A stretch of 64,000 bases of DNA from the human T2T-CHM13v2.0 reference genome, Homo sapiens. The first letter of the stretch is position 1. Each line of letters begins with the position of its first letter. Both the position numbers and the translations under genes were made by a program. The stretch is taken from assembly GCF_009914755.1 (NCBI RefSeq), contig NC_060934.1; one strand, written 5' to 3'. Positions 1 through 14,728 of this stretch are shown here, in pieces. A model generated the notes under the pieces. The model was not told the DNA's origin. It saw only the letters and a program-made list of their open reading frames with translations, and ran no database searches.

Positions 1-315
1 TCTCTCTCCAAAAGGCTTTTCATTGTGGCTAGCTGGAGATTCAGCACAGCTCATGCTCTCACGGTAATCAGACATCCTATACAGTGCTGGTTTTAAAGAA
101 ATCAGAAGTTTCAAGGTCTCTTTCTTGATAACTAGCCCAGGAACTGACAGAGCCTTACTTCTGCCACATTGTATTAATCAAGGCAAGTCACAGGCCCGCT
201 CAGATTTGTGATGGAAGGGTGGAGAAACAGGCTCCCCTTCACCATAGGTGCAAAGGCATACACACATAGGAGAAAGAGAATTGTTGATTTCTCCCATTGG
301 AGGCCACCACCCCAC
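1..315 (-). mobile_element. MLT1-type (MaLR) LTR fragment
   Basis: TTTCTGCCACATTGTATTAATCAAGGCAAGTCACAGGCCCGCTCAGATT resembles antisense MLT1H/I/J core. Confidence 0.55.
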
Positions 316-2096
316 TGAGAAGAATTAATGTTCTCAGTGTCAGTCAACCTAGGAAGATTAATACTGGAATAAGGAATAAATCTCATCAAAGGGATATTAT
401 ATGAAGAAGAGAAGCTTCTATTTCTGGGCAATAGAATAAATGTATTCAAATTCTAAGTGCACAAGAGCCCTGAAACAGTTGTTAGGAAAATATTGGATGA
501 AATTGATGAGAAGCCCCAAGCTTGGCCAGAAGTTTTACTTTCCTCTCTGTTCTGTAATTCTCATTCATGATCCTTACCCTTTCATTAAACTCTGATTAAA
601 ATTATGGCCTTAGCATTGGTTCTGCTGTGGGGATAGAGGAAAAGAGTCTGTGTTCCTAGTTGAGATGAAATAATATAAAGGAGAACACAGTGTCCCCAGC
701 CTAAAGCCCAAAGAGTGATTGACAGAAGCCAGCCCAACCAAAAAATTGCAATTAGGCATAGGTTAGCTATAATAGAGGCAATAACAAGGCAACACGAAGT
801 CATAATGTATTATCTGACAAGATGCAGTAACCTGGGAAATAATGCTGGTGAATACTTGTGTCACTGTCATTTGGATGCATGATGACATCATATAAACCTC
901 TTGTACTATCTTGTCCCATTTTAAAATCACTTATGTTTCCTGGTGCATATAAAGTAGAATGGAAACATCACAGCATAACCAGCTGTATATAATTTTGAGT
1001 CATTTGATGGACATAATATTGCCCATAAACCCTTAATAAAATGTAGTATGCATCTTTTCTAGTTGAGTCAGCTTTCCTAAGATTATTAGTGGAATCCAAT
1101 ATCCAACAAAAACTGAAAAAAGTTGTCTTACCATCTTATTTCTCACCGCTAGTCCCATTAGACTGTATACTCAGTCACATCACTTGCAACTCTCTGAAAA
1201 TGTTTTTTGGCCTTTTGCATTTCCATGAGTTTGCCTATTGTCTTTATCTGAGCCCAGACTCTCTTACCTGTTATGTATTTGTTCCCTCAGAAATCATATA
1301 CTTACAGTCTGTACAAGCCTACCTCTTCAAGGAAACATTTCCTGACACAGAGCCTTAGCTCCTGACAACTCTGCTACTATATTGAGAGTTCCTTAATAGT
1401 ATGAACTCTGTCTTGCATTCCTCTCCAAAGAAAAATAACAGTAAATATTTTTAAATGGTTAAAAGAATGATATAACTTCACACTTAGATTTTAAATATAG
1501 AACTTCTCACTGGCTCTTGATACTGTAAAATTTTGAATTTGAAGGAACTTGGCAAAACCACAAATTAATCTCCATATGTTCTCCTTTGAGATTCATATGA
1601 ATATTGCATTCCATGGAAAACCTCAGTATTACATAGGTCCTTAAAATAAATGTGCAAAGTAATCTTAATCTTTTGTGGTATATGTTTTGGTTAAATAAAA
1701 GAAGCCATAGCAATATGCTGCAAAATTGCTTTGGTTCAAAATGTCATTTTAGATCATCTTCTCCTGGGCAAAGGTAAATATGATTCTAATAATATTTGAC
1801 TTGTAAACTGTATTTTTATTAAGGTAGGTTGACTTTCTTATAAACTGAAAATTAATTTGAAGAATTCCTAGTCATGCAAATGACAGTATCTAAGAAAAGA
1901 GACATGTATAATATCATCTAAAAGAGTTGTTGTTTCATATGTTTTCTTCTTGATATGCAGCCATACAAGTGATTTTTAATGTTCATAGTATGGTAAGTTA
2001 GTTTTTCCTTTTTGATATAAAAACATGACAGATTTGGCTCTCTTTTGGAGTGCTATTTCTGATATAAGAAATCACGTACATATCAAAGTATCTCTC

Positions 2097-2387
2097 TTTT
2101 CTTTGGGCAGAGTCTCACTCTGTCACCCAGGCTGGAGTGCAGTGGCATGATCATGGCTCACTGAAGTCTTGACCTCCTGGGCTCAAGTGATCCTCCTGTC
2201 TTAGCCTCCCAAGTAGCTAGAACTATAGGCACACACCACCATGCCCAGATAATTTTTTAAAAAGTTTTTGTGGAGACAAGGTCTCAATATATTGCACAGG
2301 TTAGTCTTAAACTCCTAGGTCAAGCTAACTTCCTGCCTCAGCCTCCCAACCTGTTGGGATTACAGGCATAAGTCCCCACACCTGGCC
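2097..2387 (-). mobile_element. AluJ-type SINE
   Basis: Antisense Alu with J-like GCATGATCATGGCTCACTG and CTCAAGTGATCCTCC; degenerate TSD TCAAAGTATCTCTCT/TCAGTGTATCCCTCT. Confidence 0.9.
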
Positions 2388-2884
2388 TCAGTGTATCCCT
2401 CTGTATGATTAAATTGCTTTTTTGCAATAATCAGAAATTAACTTACATTAGCTTAAGCATAAGAGTAAGTTTTTGAAGCAATGTCAGATCTTACAGAATC
2501 AGATGGAAGGCTATAGAATCAAGTCTCAGCAATGAACAAACTCTACCACCACTTTGTTTGCCATAGCCACTGTCATTCTTTATACACCAATGGGAATCAT
2601 TTCAAGTCTCAAGACTTCAAGTCTCCAGTTTACCCAGCCTGGCGGAGGAGAGGCATTAGAAATACCTAGCCTCCATTGTACTTGTGAGAGGTGGGACCTA
2701 GTTAAAGATTTCCCAAAATATAGAAAAATTGTTGAGAAATAGATAGCCTTCACATGTCACAAACATCCACTATATATTTTTAATACGTTGGGAAATGAAA
2801 TACTGTGGACATTTTGGCTTTTCTTAAAATATATAATATATGGTAATATCTGTATGTTAATCTGGTATAAAAAGTGATAGTTGT

Positions 2885-3189
<305 letters not shown>

Positions 3190-3735
3190 TTATTCTTTCA
3201 TTTGCACTTAATATGTACAATATATATCAACATATCATGGGAGCAAAAGAAGAAAAATAATATGCTTGTATAGTGTATGGAATCTTGATGCATATGAATC
3301 AGGCTGTTATTATAGGACACAGCTTAAAAATTATGAATTATCATTTAAAAAATCACTAGAAGTAAATAATTTATTTTAGTGTTCCCTGAGTTAATTGAAG
3401 AGTAACAAGAAACTTCATAGAAGAGTTTGTCATTTGTTTTATAAGAAAGTGAAACCGCACACAATCAATCATATGGGTTGACTCTTCCTCTTAATGTGAT
3501 ATCAACAAAACAAATTGGAATGGGTTATAATTCAGGATATAAAGACATTTCTCATGGAAGTGCTAAAGTCAAATAAAATCACCAAGAAGAGTGTCAAGAG
3601 GTACCAACAGGTTGGAGACTATTAAAAAGCATGAAAATACTAGTAGGCATTCCCTACTGAAGTTCCAGTGGCATGTTAATTATTAAAATGGTGGAAAAAA
3701 AGGTCAGAAAATTACAGATAATGTATGTTGCCATT

Positions 3736-4096
3736 TGATATGGTTTGGCTGTATCCTCACCCAAATCTCATCTTCAGTTGTAACTCCCACAATTCTCACA
3801 TATCATGGGAGGAACCCAGTGGAAGATGATTGAATTATGGGGACAGGTCTTTCCTGCACTGTTCTTGTGATAGTGAATGAGTCTCATGAGATCTGACGGC
3901 TTTAAAAGTGGGAGTTTCCTTGCCCAAGCTCTCTCTTTGCCTGCAGCCATCCATGCAACATGTGACTTGCTCCTCCTTGCTTTCTGCCATGATCGTGAGG
4001 CCTCCCCAACCATGTGGAACTGTAAGTCCATTAAGCCTCTTTTTCTTCCCAGTCTCTGTTATGTCTTTATCAGCAGCATGAAAATGGATTAATACA
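3736..4096 (+). mobile_element. THE1 solo LTR (MaLR)
   Basis: TGATATGGTTTGGCTG...GGATTAATACA termini; 5-bp TSD CCATT. Confidence 0.93.
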
Positions 4097-4107
4097 CCAT
4101 TGTTATT

Positions 4108-4403
4108 TATTTATTTATTTGAGATGGAGTCTCGCTCTTGTCATGCTGGTAAGAGTGCAGTGGCATGATCTTGGCTCACTACAACCTCTGCCTCCTGGGT
4201 TCAAGCGATTCTCCTGCCTCAGCCTCCCAAGTAGCTGAGATTACAGGTGCCTGCCACCACACCCGGCTAATTTTTCTATTTTTAGAAGAGACAGGGTTTT
4301 ATCATGTTGGCCAGGCTGGTCTCGAACTCGCAACCTCAAGTGATCTGCCCACCTCGGCCTCCAAAAGTGCTGGGATTACAGGCATGAGCCACTGTGCCCA
4401 GCC
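4108..4403 (-). mobile_element. AluSx/Sz-like SINE
   Basis: Antisense Alu, (TTTA)n tail, TSD CACCATTGTTATT. Confidence 0.92.
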
Positions 4404-4424
4404 CACCATTGTTATTAAAAGGTC

Positions 4425-4680
4425 ATTAGTCTAGATTGGGAAGGACTTTCTAAACTTAGAAGTAATAGGAGAAGTTACAAAGTGAGGCACTGGCATACCG
4501 AATACACACAACTTGAAATTGATCTATTTCAAAGTCAACATTATGTCAAAATTAAAGACAACAATAGGCTACATAAAATATTTTCAATAAATATGACAAA
4601 GGATTAATATTTTAATGCATAGAAAATGTTTAAATATCAATAGTCTTTTAAGATCCCAATATGAAAATGGGTACAGGACA
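4425..4680 (+). mobile_element. Ancient L1 (L1M) ORF2 3' fragment
   Basis: A-rich; TGACAAAGGATTAATATTT and AAAATGGGTACAGGACA resemble the L1 ORF2 end. Confidence 0.5.
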
Positions 4681-4682
4681 TA

Positions 4683-5057
4683 TAGGTTGGTGCAAAAGCA
4701 ATTGCAGTTTTTGCCATTGAAAGTAACGACAGGCTGGGCACGGTGGCTCTCACCTGTAATCCCAGCACTTTGGGAGGCCGAGGCAGATGGATCACAAGGT
4801 CAGGAGATTGAGACTATCCTGGCCAACATGGTGAAACCCTGACTCTACTAAAAATATAAAAATAGCTCAGTGTGGCAGCGCACACCTGTAATCCCAGCTA
4901 TTCAGGAGGCTGAGGCAGGAAAATCGCTTGAACCTGGGAGGCAGAGATTGTAGTGAGCCGAGATGGCACCACTGCACTCCAGCTGGTGACAGAGCAAGAC
5001 TTCATCTAAAAAAAAAAAATAATGACAAAAACTGCAGTTACTTTTGCACTAAGCTAA
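4683..5057. mobile_element. MADE1 (Hsmar1-derived MITE) split by an Alu
   Basis: Left TIR TAGGTTGGTGCAAAAGCAATTGCAGTTTTTGCCATT; right TIR AATGACAAAAACTGCAGTTACTTTTGCACTAAGCTAA; TA flanks. Confidence 0.9.
4732..5015 (+). mobile_element. AluS (Sc-like) SINE inside MADE1
   Basis: Full dimer; TSD AAAGTAACGACA/AAAATAATGACA. Confidence 0.92.
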
Positions 5058-5308
5058 TAATTAGTCAAAAAAGAGAAAATAGTTAATACAAATATCATCA
5101 TATGTATGCATTCTCCAATGTTTTAGTAATTAATTACATTAGTAATCAAATAATATTATACTTAATAGATGTCAAATTTTAAATGAAAATGTGCATTGTT
5201 CAAAAGGTTCAATAATAACAGGGCACTTTTATTAACTTTTTCAGAAGCCCAGAGTAATATAAGTTTTATAGGCCAATAAGGATGTAGACTTTGAAACAAT
5301 AATATACA

Positions 5309-5902
5309 TGTTAGAAATGCTTGTTCCCCAGTGCCATAACGAAATAGCATTTGAACATAAATTTAATTTTCTCAGGAAGGCCATTTTTTTTACCTTCTGC
5401 AGAAAGGGTACAGTTGCCAGCAGTTTTGCCACCAGAGTACACCAAACAAAGGAGACAGGGTTGTTTATAACCTGACACATCCACCCTACTGCTGTGTCCA
5501 GTTTCCATTGGCTGGAAAGGGAGCTCATATTCTGTATTTGTCCTAATTGGCTAGCAACTTAGAACTTTCTAAAAGATGTAAAAGCAGAGGAGAACAAAGG
5601 AAGGAGGAAGTAACTTGTGGAAAGCTGAGAAAGGTAAAAACACCTCCAAATAAGGAAGAGGAATTGGCTATGACCTAATGCTTGCTTGGACCAATATAAG
5701 CATGGCAGGGCAAGTATTCAGGCTAAATTGTGGGAGCTAAGAACACAAAGTACATTGATTTCTTTATTACAGTTAGCAGATATCTAAGATTGTTAGCACA
5801 GGTCCTTGAATAAATTTTGCTTCTAAGAGAAGTTACTATTTATTCCTAATTAGATGGAGAGGAAAATCTCTTTGAAGAGGAACTTCTACTTTACTTTTTA
5901 CA
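5309..5902 (-). mobile_element. LTR10C solo LTR (HERV-I group, ERV1)
   Basis: Reverse complement starts TGTAAAAAGTAAAGTAGAAGTTCCTCTTCAAAGA and ends AACAAGCATTTCTAACA; 4-bp TSD TACA. Confidence 0.88.
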
Positions 5903-6099
5903 TACATAAACTTGGACACAATGGTTTTAATTATAGATGTTTAGTTTAAATTAATTCATAATATAAAAAATACTGTTGCTCCCTGCATTATTTATATTGG
6001 TTAAAAAAAATCCTAAAACTAAACATTGAACAAACTATAAGTGAGCCAAATTAACTATAATTAATTTAAAAATGTTTGGTCATTAAAATTATTTATGAG

Positions 6100-7680
6100 A
6101 CGGTTTTAGCTCCAACTTAAAAAGATCTTAGAAATAGTCAATCCCATCATTTTGATAGGAAAAAGCAAACAAACTAAAAATCAATGACTTCTTGGATCCA
6201 TCAGAGAACTGAGTTTGCAGGGCACATTACCTCCCTGAAATCTGAAGAGACAGGTGGATTCAAAAAGTCACAGGTGAAATCTGTCCACCCAGCAAAAACC
6301 GCTGGACCTGTAAAATGGTAAGAATACTGCAATGGTAACTTTGGAGAACTGCTTTAGACTGAGTGTGAACTAGCATGTCAGAAAGAAATTCCCAGGAGCC
6401 CCATTCTTGCTTGGGGAAGGTGGCAAAATTTTCATGAGTTTTGTCTCCAGGAAATCCATCAGGTTTTCAAGGTTGAAGGTCTGAGAAAAAGATCCTTTTG
6501 TCTCTAGCAGGAAGAAAGGAAGAGAAATCATTCTGAAATTCCGCCAGAGACTTCTCCATAACGAAGGCCTATTATCCAGGGAAAAGACTTTACAAAACAA
6601 AGCCTTTTCCCAGAGCAATGGGAGATGGATATTCTTCTCATTCCACCTCCTTCTAGCCTTCCTATCTCATCTAAGTGCAGGGGTGGGATGAAAAACTATA
6701 GAAGAAGAAACGCTTGTAGTGGTCACAGATTAGAGACATAGAGCCACTAAAAGACTGAGACTGAACAGAAATATTACAGAAGCTTCCAACTCCCACACTT
6801 TATTATCACACCCACCAGGCTCCAATAAAATAATAGTGGATTATAACTGAAACAAGTGAAAGACACAGACTATCTCTTAGGAGTAGTATTTATTGGAGAC
6901 GAAGGTCAAGACAAAATCAAGTACAACAGAAAAATATGAAGCTTCTGGGAGGCACAGCTGCTGCAAAGATGAAACATGGCGCAACTCTTAGCCACATTAG
7001 AGGAAAAAATAATAACACAGTGGGAAAAGACAAAGGAAGCACTGAAACAGATCCAGGTATGACACAGATGTTGCAATTATCACACGGGAATGCTGTAATG
7101 GAAGAGTAGGCAACTTGTAGGAACAGATGTGTAGTGTTATTAGAGAGATTAAAATTCTAAGAAAGAATCAAAAGGAAATGCTAGAAATAAAAATGGAGAA
7201 GTTCTGTGTTAAATTAAGTTTAGCCTAAAGCTGCTTCTTCACATATTTTAAGTTTGGCATAAAAGTTTCTCTGTACATAGGGAACTAAAACCTAACTGGA
7301 TATGTAAACAGACTGTAACCTACTCTTGGGCCAGTCGCCAAGTCTTGGCCAATCAAAAGTGGCCAACTGTTCAAACCATATTCAGATAAGGCAAATGCCA
7401 AGATGTAACCAATCCAGCTGTTTTTGTACCTCACTTGTTTTCTGTGTCACTTTCTTTTCTCTGTCCATAAATCTTTCTCTACCACATGGCTGAGCTGAAT
7501 CTCTCTGAGCCTACTCTAGTACAGGAGGCTGCCCAACTTGCAAATCATTCTTTGTTCAATTAAACTCTGTTACATTTATTTGTCTAAGGTTTTTCTTTTA
7601 ACATCTGTGATAAGCTCATCAATAGACTGGACATGACTAATGAAAGAATCAGTGAGCTTGAGGTAGGTCAACAGAAGCCT
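6100..7680 (+). mobile_element. Ancient L1M 5'UTR/ORF1 fragment (interrupted by MER57)
   Basis: GATCCATCAGAGAACTGAG 5'UTR motif; AAGAATCAAAAGGAAATGCTAGAAATAAAAA and CTCATCAATAGACTGGAC...AATCAGTGAGCTTGA ORF1 motifs on both sides of the LTR. Confidence 0.7.
7207..7603 (+). mobile_element. MER57 (A/B) solo LTR (ERV1)
   Basis: TGTTAAATTAAGTTTAGCCTAAAGCTGC...TTTTCTTTTAACA; 4-bp TSD TCTG. Confidence 0.9.
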
Positions 7681-8013
7681 AGAAACCTCACAGACTTAAA
7701 TGCTATTATACAAAATTAGAAGAGGCTATTGTTTTGGACAGTCTGCGTATATTTTATTGGGTTTTTAGTCTTATTATCAAGTTGTTAGAATTTTTTACAC
7801 ATTCTGTATATGGGTTTTTATCAACTATATATATAATGACATTTATTTATTAGAATTATATACAAATATGCATATCCACATATCATCAATATTTCCTGTC
7901 TATGACATGCTTTTTTACTTTCTCATTGGTATCTTTCAAAGGAGAAAATTTTGCTTTTAATTTTCTCTGCAATGTCTTAGAGTTTTCATTGAACAAGTTT
8001 TGAAATGTGTTGA

Positions 8014-8981
<968 letters not shown>

Positions 8982-9368
8982 ATGTTTTATAAATTATAAT
9001 TTGCTTTCAGTTTCCAGTTGGTTATTGCTAACATAAAGGAAACCAGTTGTCGTTCATATATTGATTTTTGCATCCTGAAAATTTACTAACCTATTATTGT
9101 TTGCTGTTTCTATTGTATTGACTAGGACAAATAAAATGTTGAATAGAAGTGGGTGCAATTGCCTCCATTTTCTTTTCCAAATATTACCAGGGAAGCTTTC
9201 ATTCTTTTACCATTAAGTATGATGTGGCTGTAGTATTTTATTGATATGTATTATCAGGGTGATGAAATTTTATTTATTCCAAGTTTGCTGAGAGTTTTCA
9301 TTATGAATACTGTTCATATTGTTGAATTTTTCAAGTGCTTTTTTTAATGCATCTACTAAGTTGATTAT

Positions 9369-10077
9369 TGTCAAGCAAACAGGTGTTGAAGTGGTCAATT
9401 AAGACAATGAGACAGACAGTATGAACCAAGGCTTTATTTACTTACGGTGGCAGCGTTAAGAAAGAGGTTAAAAAAGCTCTGACTCCCAAATGTTCCATTT
9501 TTTTGTTCCCTGTGGAATGGCATTAGGTGAGGGTCAGATAGGTGCAGTGTAGATGATGATAATTGCCTCTCGGCTGAGAATTGAATAAAAGCTTCTTGCC
9601 TCTTTAAGCCCCCACGGGTAGGTGGTGAGGGAGAAGAGGAAGGGCTAGGAGTGGAAACATACTGAGTTAAAGTGGAGAAATGTGCCCCAGACACGGTCCC
9701 TGATAAAGAGGCCTTCATATAGTCTAGGGCTAAGAACACAGATAGTCCTAGGAGCATGACTTGGGGAGGGGAGAGGAAGGAGTGGAGTGGCTGAGTTTGT
9801 GACTGCAACTTCCTCCATAAAACTGCAATGCTGTGCTATTTTATGAAGGAAAGCTTACATTCATTATATGAAGGAGGGCTTACATGCATTGTTTTGGCAC
9901 ACAGCATGGCATACATCCTTACAATGCATTTAAGGAGGGCAGCTTTCCCCCAGCTATGCACCAAGTTTGGGGTGGGGAGGGCTGACTCAAGAAGCCTGGC
10001 AGGCAAAGCCTTGTAATTGCCTATGGTTGAACATGAAAGATTACACATAGGATTTTGGCCTGGAACTGGACCCCTCA
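9369..10077 (-). mobile_element. Solo LTR, probably ERVL class (family not identified)
   Basis: TG...CA termini, antisense polyA signal (TTTATT about 9434-9439), degenerate 5-bp TSD ATTAT/ATCAC; cleanly interrupts the L1. Confidence 0.65.
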
Positions 10078-10123
10078 ATCACAGGTTTTTCTTCTTCATT
10101 CTTTTACTTAAAACAATGATTTG

Positions 10124-10434
<311 letters not shown>

Positions 10435-11265
10435 TCATTCTTTTTTTCCTAAAATATACATTTGAAACTTTAAGTCTCCCTCTGAGTATCCCTCTAAGGA
10501 CCACTTTGGCTGCGTATCCCAATATTTCTATAATTTTTGGAATAATTACTCATGATTTATATAACATACATATATTGTGTATTTTTAAATTTTATAATCT
10601 GCCTTTAAATAATATTTTAACACTTCACACAGTCTAAGGAAAGGCAGGAATGAAAACACAAATCTGTGACTTTTTTTTCAAAGCACCAATTTTCTTCTGA
10701 GAGCAGGACACCATTTAGCTGACTTGGTGGCCCATGACATTAGGATAAATTAAATGTCAGGGTTCAAAACGTTGATTTATAATTCTGATCTGAATATGTG
10801 AGGGAGATATTCATGATGGCATTGCATGCCTGAGTTTGGAGAACACAAATCTGTATTTGTACCAATGTGTAAAGCTGTGTGGTGTTCTCCAGCAGCACTC
10901 AGCAGCCTGGAAAGGAAGTGGAGAAATATGTGAGGTGAGGTTGAGGAGGACGGACGGATATGACAAAAAAAAAAAAAAAAAAAAAGCTCAAAGATAGATG
11001 ATGAAAGAGTTTGTTGAAATGACACATTTTTTTCTTTCCCTAAACTAGATGAGAAAGAAAATGAATTGATAAGACAGGTGAAGGGTTAGAACACAGGAAA
11101 GTTTCACATTCAATCTAACATTTCACACTCATTCTAGGATAATTGTGAAATGAGAAGAAAATTTACAGAAGAGACAGAAAGGGATAGAGAGAGGAAAAAG
11201 GAGAGGGAGAAAATTTAACAATGATATAAATTTTCTATTATTCTGTTTCCTTGTATAGATAAATT

Positions 11266-11720
11266 CTGGGTTGGAAATTTTCCATTTGCCCCATCAGATC
11301 CAATCTGCACCATTTTTTCACCATACTCTCTGCCTTAAAATGCTAACCTATATGGAATTGCATCATCGATTGACTTCCATGACCTTCAACTCCCTTCAAG
11401 GTTGAGACATTGAGGGTCACTAGCATAAGATCAAAAGACAGGCAGAGAGTGAGCTCAAGGTAATTACTCTTCTCACTTCCTCCTTGCCAAGTTACAGCTC
11501 CTGCTAGTATGCCTTTTATGTAGTTTCTGTCTACAGATTCTACTATCTGCTTCCTTTCTTTGCCCCTTCGTAGTAACGTTTAACAGCTTCAGGTTTGCAT
11601 TATCCCCTGTTAGTTTCCCCTAAGCCTACCTATACCTTTGTAAATCATCTCCTTTTTAAATTTATACTGAACTTCCCAATTTCAGTGTGCCATCTGTCTC
11701 CGGTGCAATCTAGACTAACA
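11266..11720 (+). mobile_element. LTR33-family LTR (ERVL)
   Basis: GGAAATTTTCCATTTGCCCCATCAGATCC start and CCAATTTCAGTGTGCCATCTGTCTCC end. Confidence 0.72.
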
Positions 11721-12056
11721 CACATACACACACATGTGAGTGTGCTCATACACACACACTAATAGCATAGGGTGATGTCAAATTTCTTTCTGATATTGAC
11801 TTTCCTCACTAATAACCAGCATTTCTCTTGGATTTGTTATACAAGTTCACGGATGCATAGTGGGAAATATGGCCACCAAAGTTCTATGCTTGAATGAACA
11901 AATTGTAGGACCCTTATAACCAGCTATTACTGGTGTCTAAAATTATATCAATTACTCTAAAATCAAGTAATGAATTCAGAAAAAAATTATTCAACAAATA
12001 TATATTTAAATGCTCAGTAGGTACCTGACAAAAATTAAGAAAAAAGAGCCAACATG

Positions 12057-12364
12057 TGTTGAATGTGGAGGGTGGAGGCTGGAGAGTGTCTAGGTTCTTG
12101 GCGTCTTGAACAAAGAATTGGACAAAACACACAAACAAAGCAAGGAAAGAATGAAGCAACAAAAGAAGAGATGTATTGAGAATGAAAGTACATGCCACAG
12201 GTTGGGAGCAGGCCTGGGCATAAGGACTCAAGACCCCCATTACAGAATGTTCTGGGGCTTAAATACCCTCTAGAGGTTTCCATTGGCTACTTGGTGTACA
12301 CCCTATGTAAATGGCCTGAATCGGCCTTATGTTCTCTGCCTCCAGATCCTATTCTCCTGCCTTA
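12057..12364 (-). mobile_element. MER51 (short, B-like) solo LTR (ERV1)
   Basis: AGGTTCTTGGCGTCTTGAACAAAGAATTGGACAAAAC ... CTCCAGATCCTATTCTCCTGCC. Confidence 0.85.
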
Positions 12365-12570
12365 ACTGTACTATTGAAAGTGATTTATATGAATTACCTC
12401 TCTTGCTTCTCTCAACAACCCTGTGAAGCACATCCTATTTCAGGTGAGTAAACTTAGAAATTTTGAAGGAAATAATTTTCCCAAAGTTGTCCAATGCTGC
12501 TATGTGAGAAATCTGGATTTTCACTCAACGAGTCCGATTACAGTCTTCACTATTATGATCTTCACTACCT
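12365..12570 (-). mobile_element. MIR
   Basis: CAACAACCCTGTGAAG...CAGGTGAGTAAACTTAG MIR core. Confidence 0.65.
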
Positions 12571-12699
12571 TGCATCTCTACCTTCTTAGACTAATCGTTT
12601 AGAAGGATGAAAGTTATTATACCAAGTATTTAATTGACCTGATAATAAAGATATAAATGAACTGTATAGAGATTCAACAATTGTTTAGTAGAAATAACT

Positions 12700-12960
12700 A
12701 GCATTTATGCAATAATGAGAGTCAAGTTGAAAACTGAAGAAGATTATGTAGGAGTTAAGCAGGTGAAGAGAGGGTGGAAGAGTATTTCTAACAGAGAAAA
12801 CCACATGGATGAATGTCTCATGGTGGGAAGGAACATGGTACATTTCAAGAAAAAATAAATTGACACTGTCCAAATTATAGTTTATATATACACTGAGAAA
12901 TGGAGTCAGGGTAAAACAGGACACAAAATGAATTCATTTAGATAGAGATAGTTGTGTGAC
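12700..12960 (-). mobile_element. L2 fragment
   Basis: GAAGATTATGTAGGAGTTAAGCAGGTGAAGAGAGGG-type L2 motif. Confidence 0.6.
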
Positions 12961-13088
12961 AGGTTACAACCTTATAAATAATGAAAACCTTTAGCAATTA
13001 ATGATGGCATGAGACAGGAGGATGGGTTTAGCATTAAGACTCCACAAATGAGAAATTTCACCAACAACATTTTAAGTGAATATATTCT

Positions 13089-13518
13089 TATATTACTTTG
13101 CTAAGGCTGCTGTGGCATACTACCGTAAACTGATTGGTTTATACAACAAAATCTGTGGTCTCACAGATTAGACTTTTAGTCTGGAGTCTAAAAGTCTGAG
13201 ATCAAGGTGTCTGGGGGTTGGTTCCTTCTGAAGTCTGGGAGGAAGAATCTGTTCCCTGCCTCTCCCCTAGATTCTGGTGCTTTGTCGGCAATCTTTGGTT
13301 TGTGGATGCATCACTGTGATGTTCTTCCTGTGTGCATGTCTGTGTCCAAATTTTTCTTTTTTAAATAAGGATATCAGTCATATTGGCTTGGGCCCCACCC
13401 TCATCTTAACTAATTAAATCTGCAATGATGCTATCCCCAAATAGGGCCCCATTCTGAGCTACTGGGGATTAGGATTTCAGCATATGAATTTGGAGTGGAT
13501 ACAATTCAACTCATAACA
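13089..13518 (-). mobile_element. MLT1C/B-type LTR (MaLR)
   Basis: GCTAAGGCTGCTG..AAGTCTGAGATCAAGGTGTC..GATACAATTCAACTCATAACA. Confidence 0.85.
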
Positions 13519-14728
13519 ATATTCATTTAATAAACTGTTAGATAATCTTTCATGTGCCTCAAATGGGCTCAAACTGTGAGGCTTACTACATTCATCTCAG
13601 TATAAAATACTGAAAAGAAATTGGATAGGTATACTCCATCTGTTATAGAGTTAGCCATAGACAGCAACGATAGTTTATTGTCACATTTTGCCAAGCATAT
13701 TGACAAATCTCGCTTTTCGTACTCTTGATAGGAATATATGAAGATTAACTAGAAGTTATTTGAAAAAAATGTCCCTCAGTGCTCATGAGTGAATCCAGAA
13801 GATTTCCTTTAAAGCTTAGGAGCTGGAGGATGGACTACTAAATCTGAAGTGAAAGCACGTGTCTGATAGATGAACCCTTTGATCCTTTTCTCCCTTTCTG
13901 TTGAGAAGAGTTATAGTGAAGTACTGAGGATATATGAGTGCAATCTGTCTCTCACCCTCTTCCTCTCCATTTCTTCCACTTTAGTTCATTTTTCTTTGTG
14001 GAAAAAAAGACTTTGGAGAGCCTAAGAGCATACCAGGCCTTTGTGTGTGGATGTGTGCGTGTATTTTAAATCAAAGAGACTTCTAGTGAGCAAAAAGTCA
14101 GAGATCACAGGTGGCAAAGCTCCCAGGTCTAAGGTATTATCTTCTGTCTTTTTTTTTTTCCAAAAAAGGCAATTGACCCTCTCTATAATAAGTCACTGTT
14201 TATTTCCATACACAGAGCTATCAAAAGTTTGAAAGCACAGCATGTTCAATACAAAAGTGCCTGTTCTGCTATCTATAATAACTAATACAATATTAGTGGG
14301 ATTGAGTGAAAATTAGTCTAATCTCTATACTAAAAAAAAATACATCCTAAAGTACATAAATTGTTTTTCCCTTAGTAGGTGGAAGGAAATACAGAGATAT
14401 ATGGAAAAATATATGCTATCAAATGTGACATTTCTCACCATTTATAAGTCCTATTGTTTCTGAGAATTTTTTGCATTCATTATATAAGGGAGAAATGAAT
14501 GACAGGAAGAAAGCGTATCTCAGGGTTGAAGAAATAGCAGAACATAGAAATAACTCTGAGGGGAGAATCACAAAATCAAATTTAGAGCAGGAATTAGAAC
14601 AAATGTGATTAAAGTATACTGAGAAAAAGAATGCAATAATAAAAGTAATTTTAATTTGTGATCCTATTTGAAGCTTGTAGCCACATTAAATCTCCTACTT
14701 GAAAAAGGAAGTGGTAAGAAATTACAAA

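Noticed and set aside
10655-10985. 13-bp repeat AACACAAATCTGT and orphan poly(A) as a processed pseudogene
   Set aside because: The tail is not adjacent to a TSD, there is no polyA signal and no recognisable body; chance match plus a mononucleotide run is more likely.
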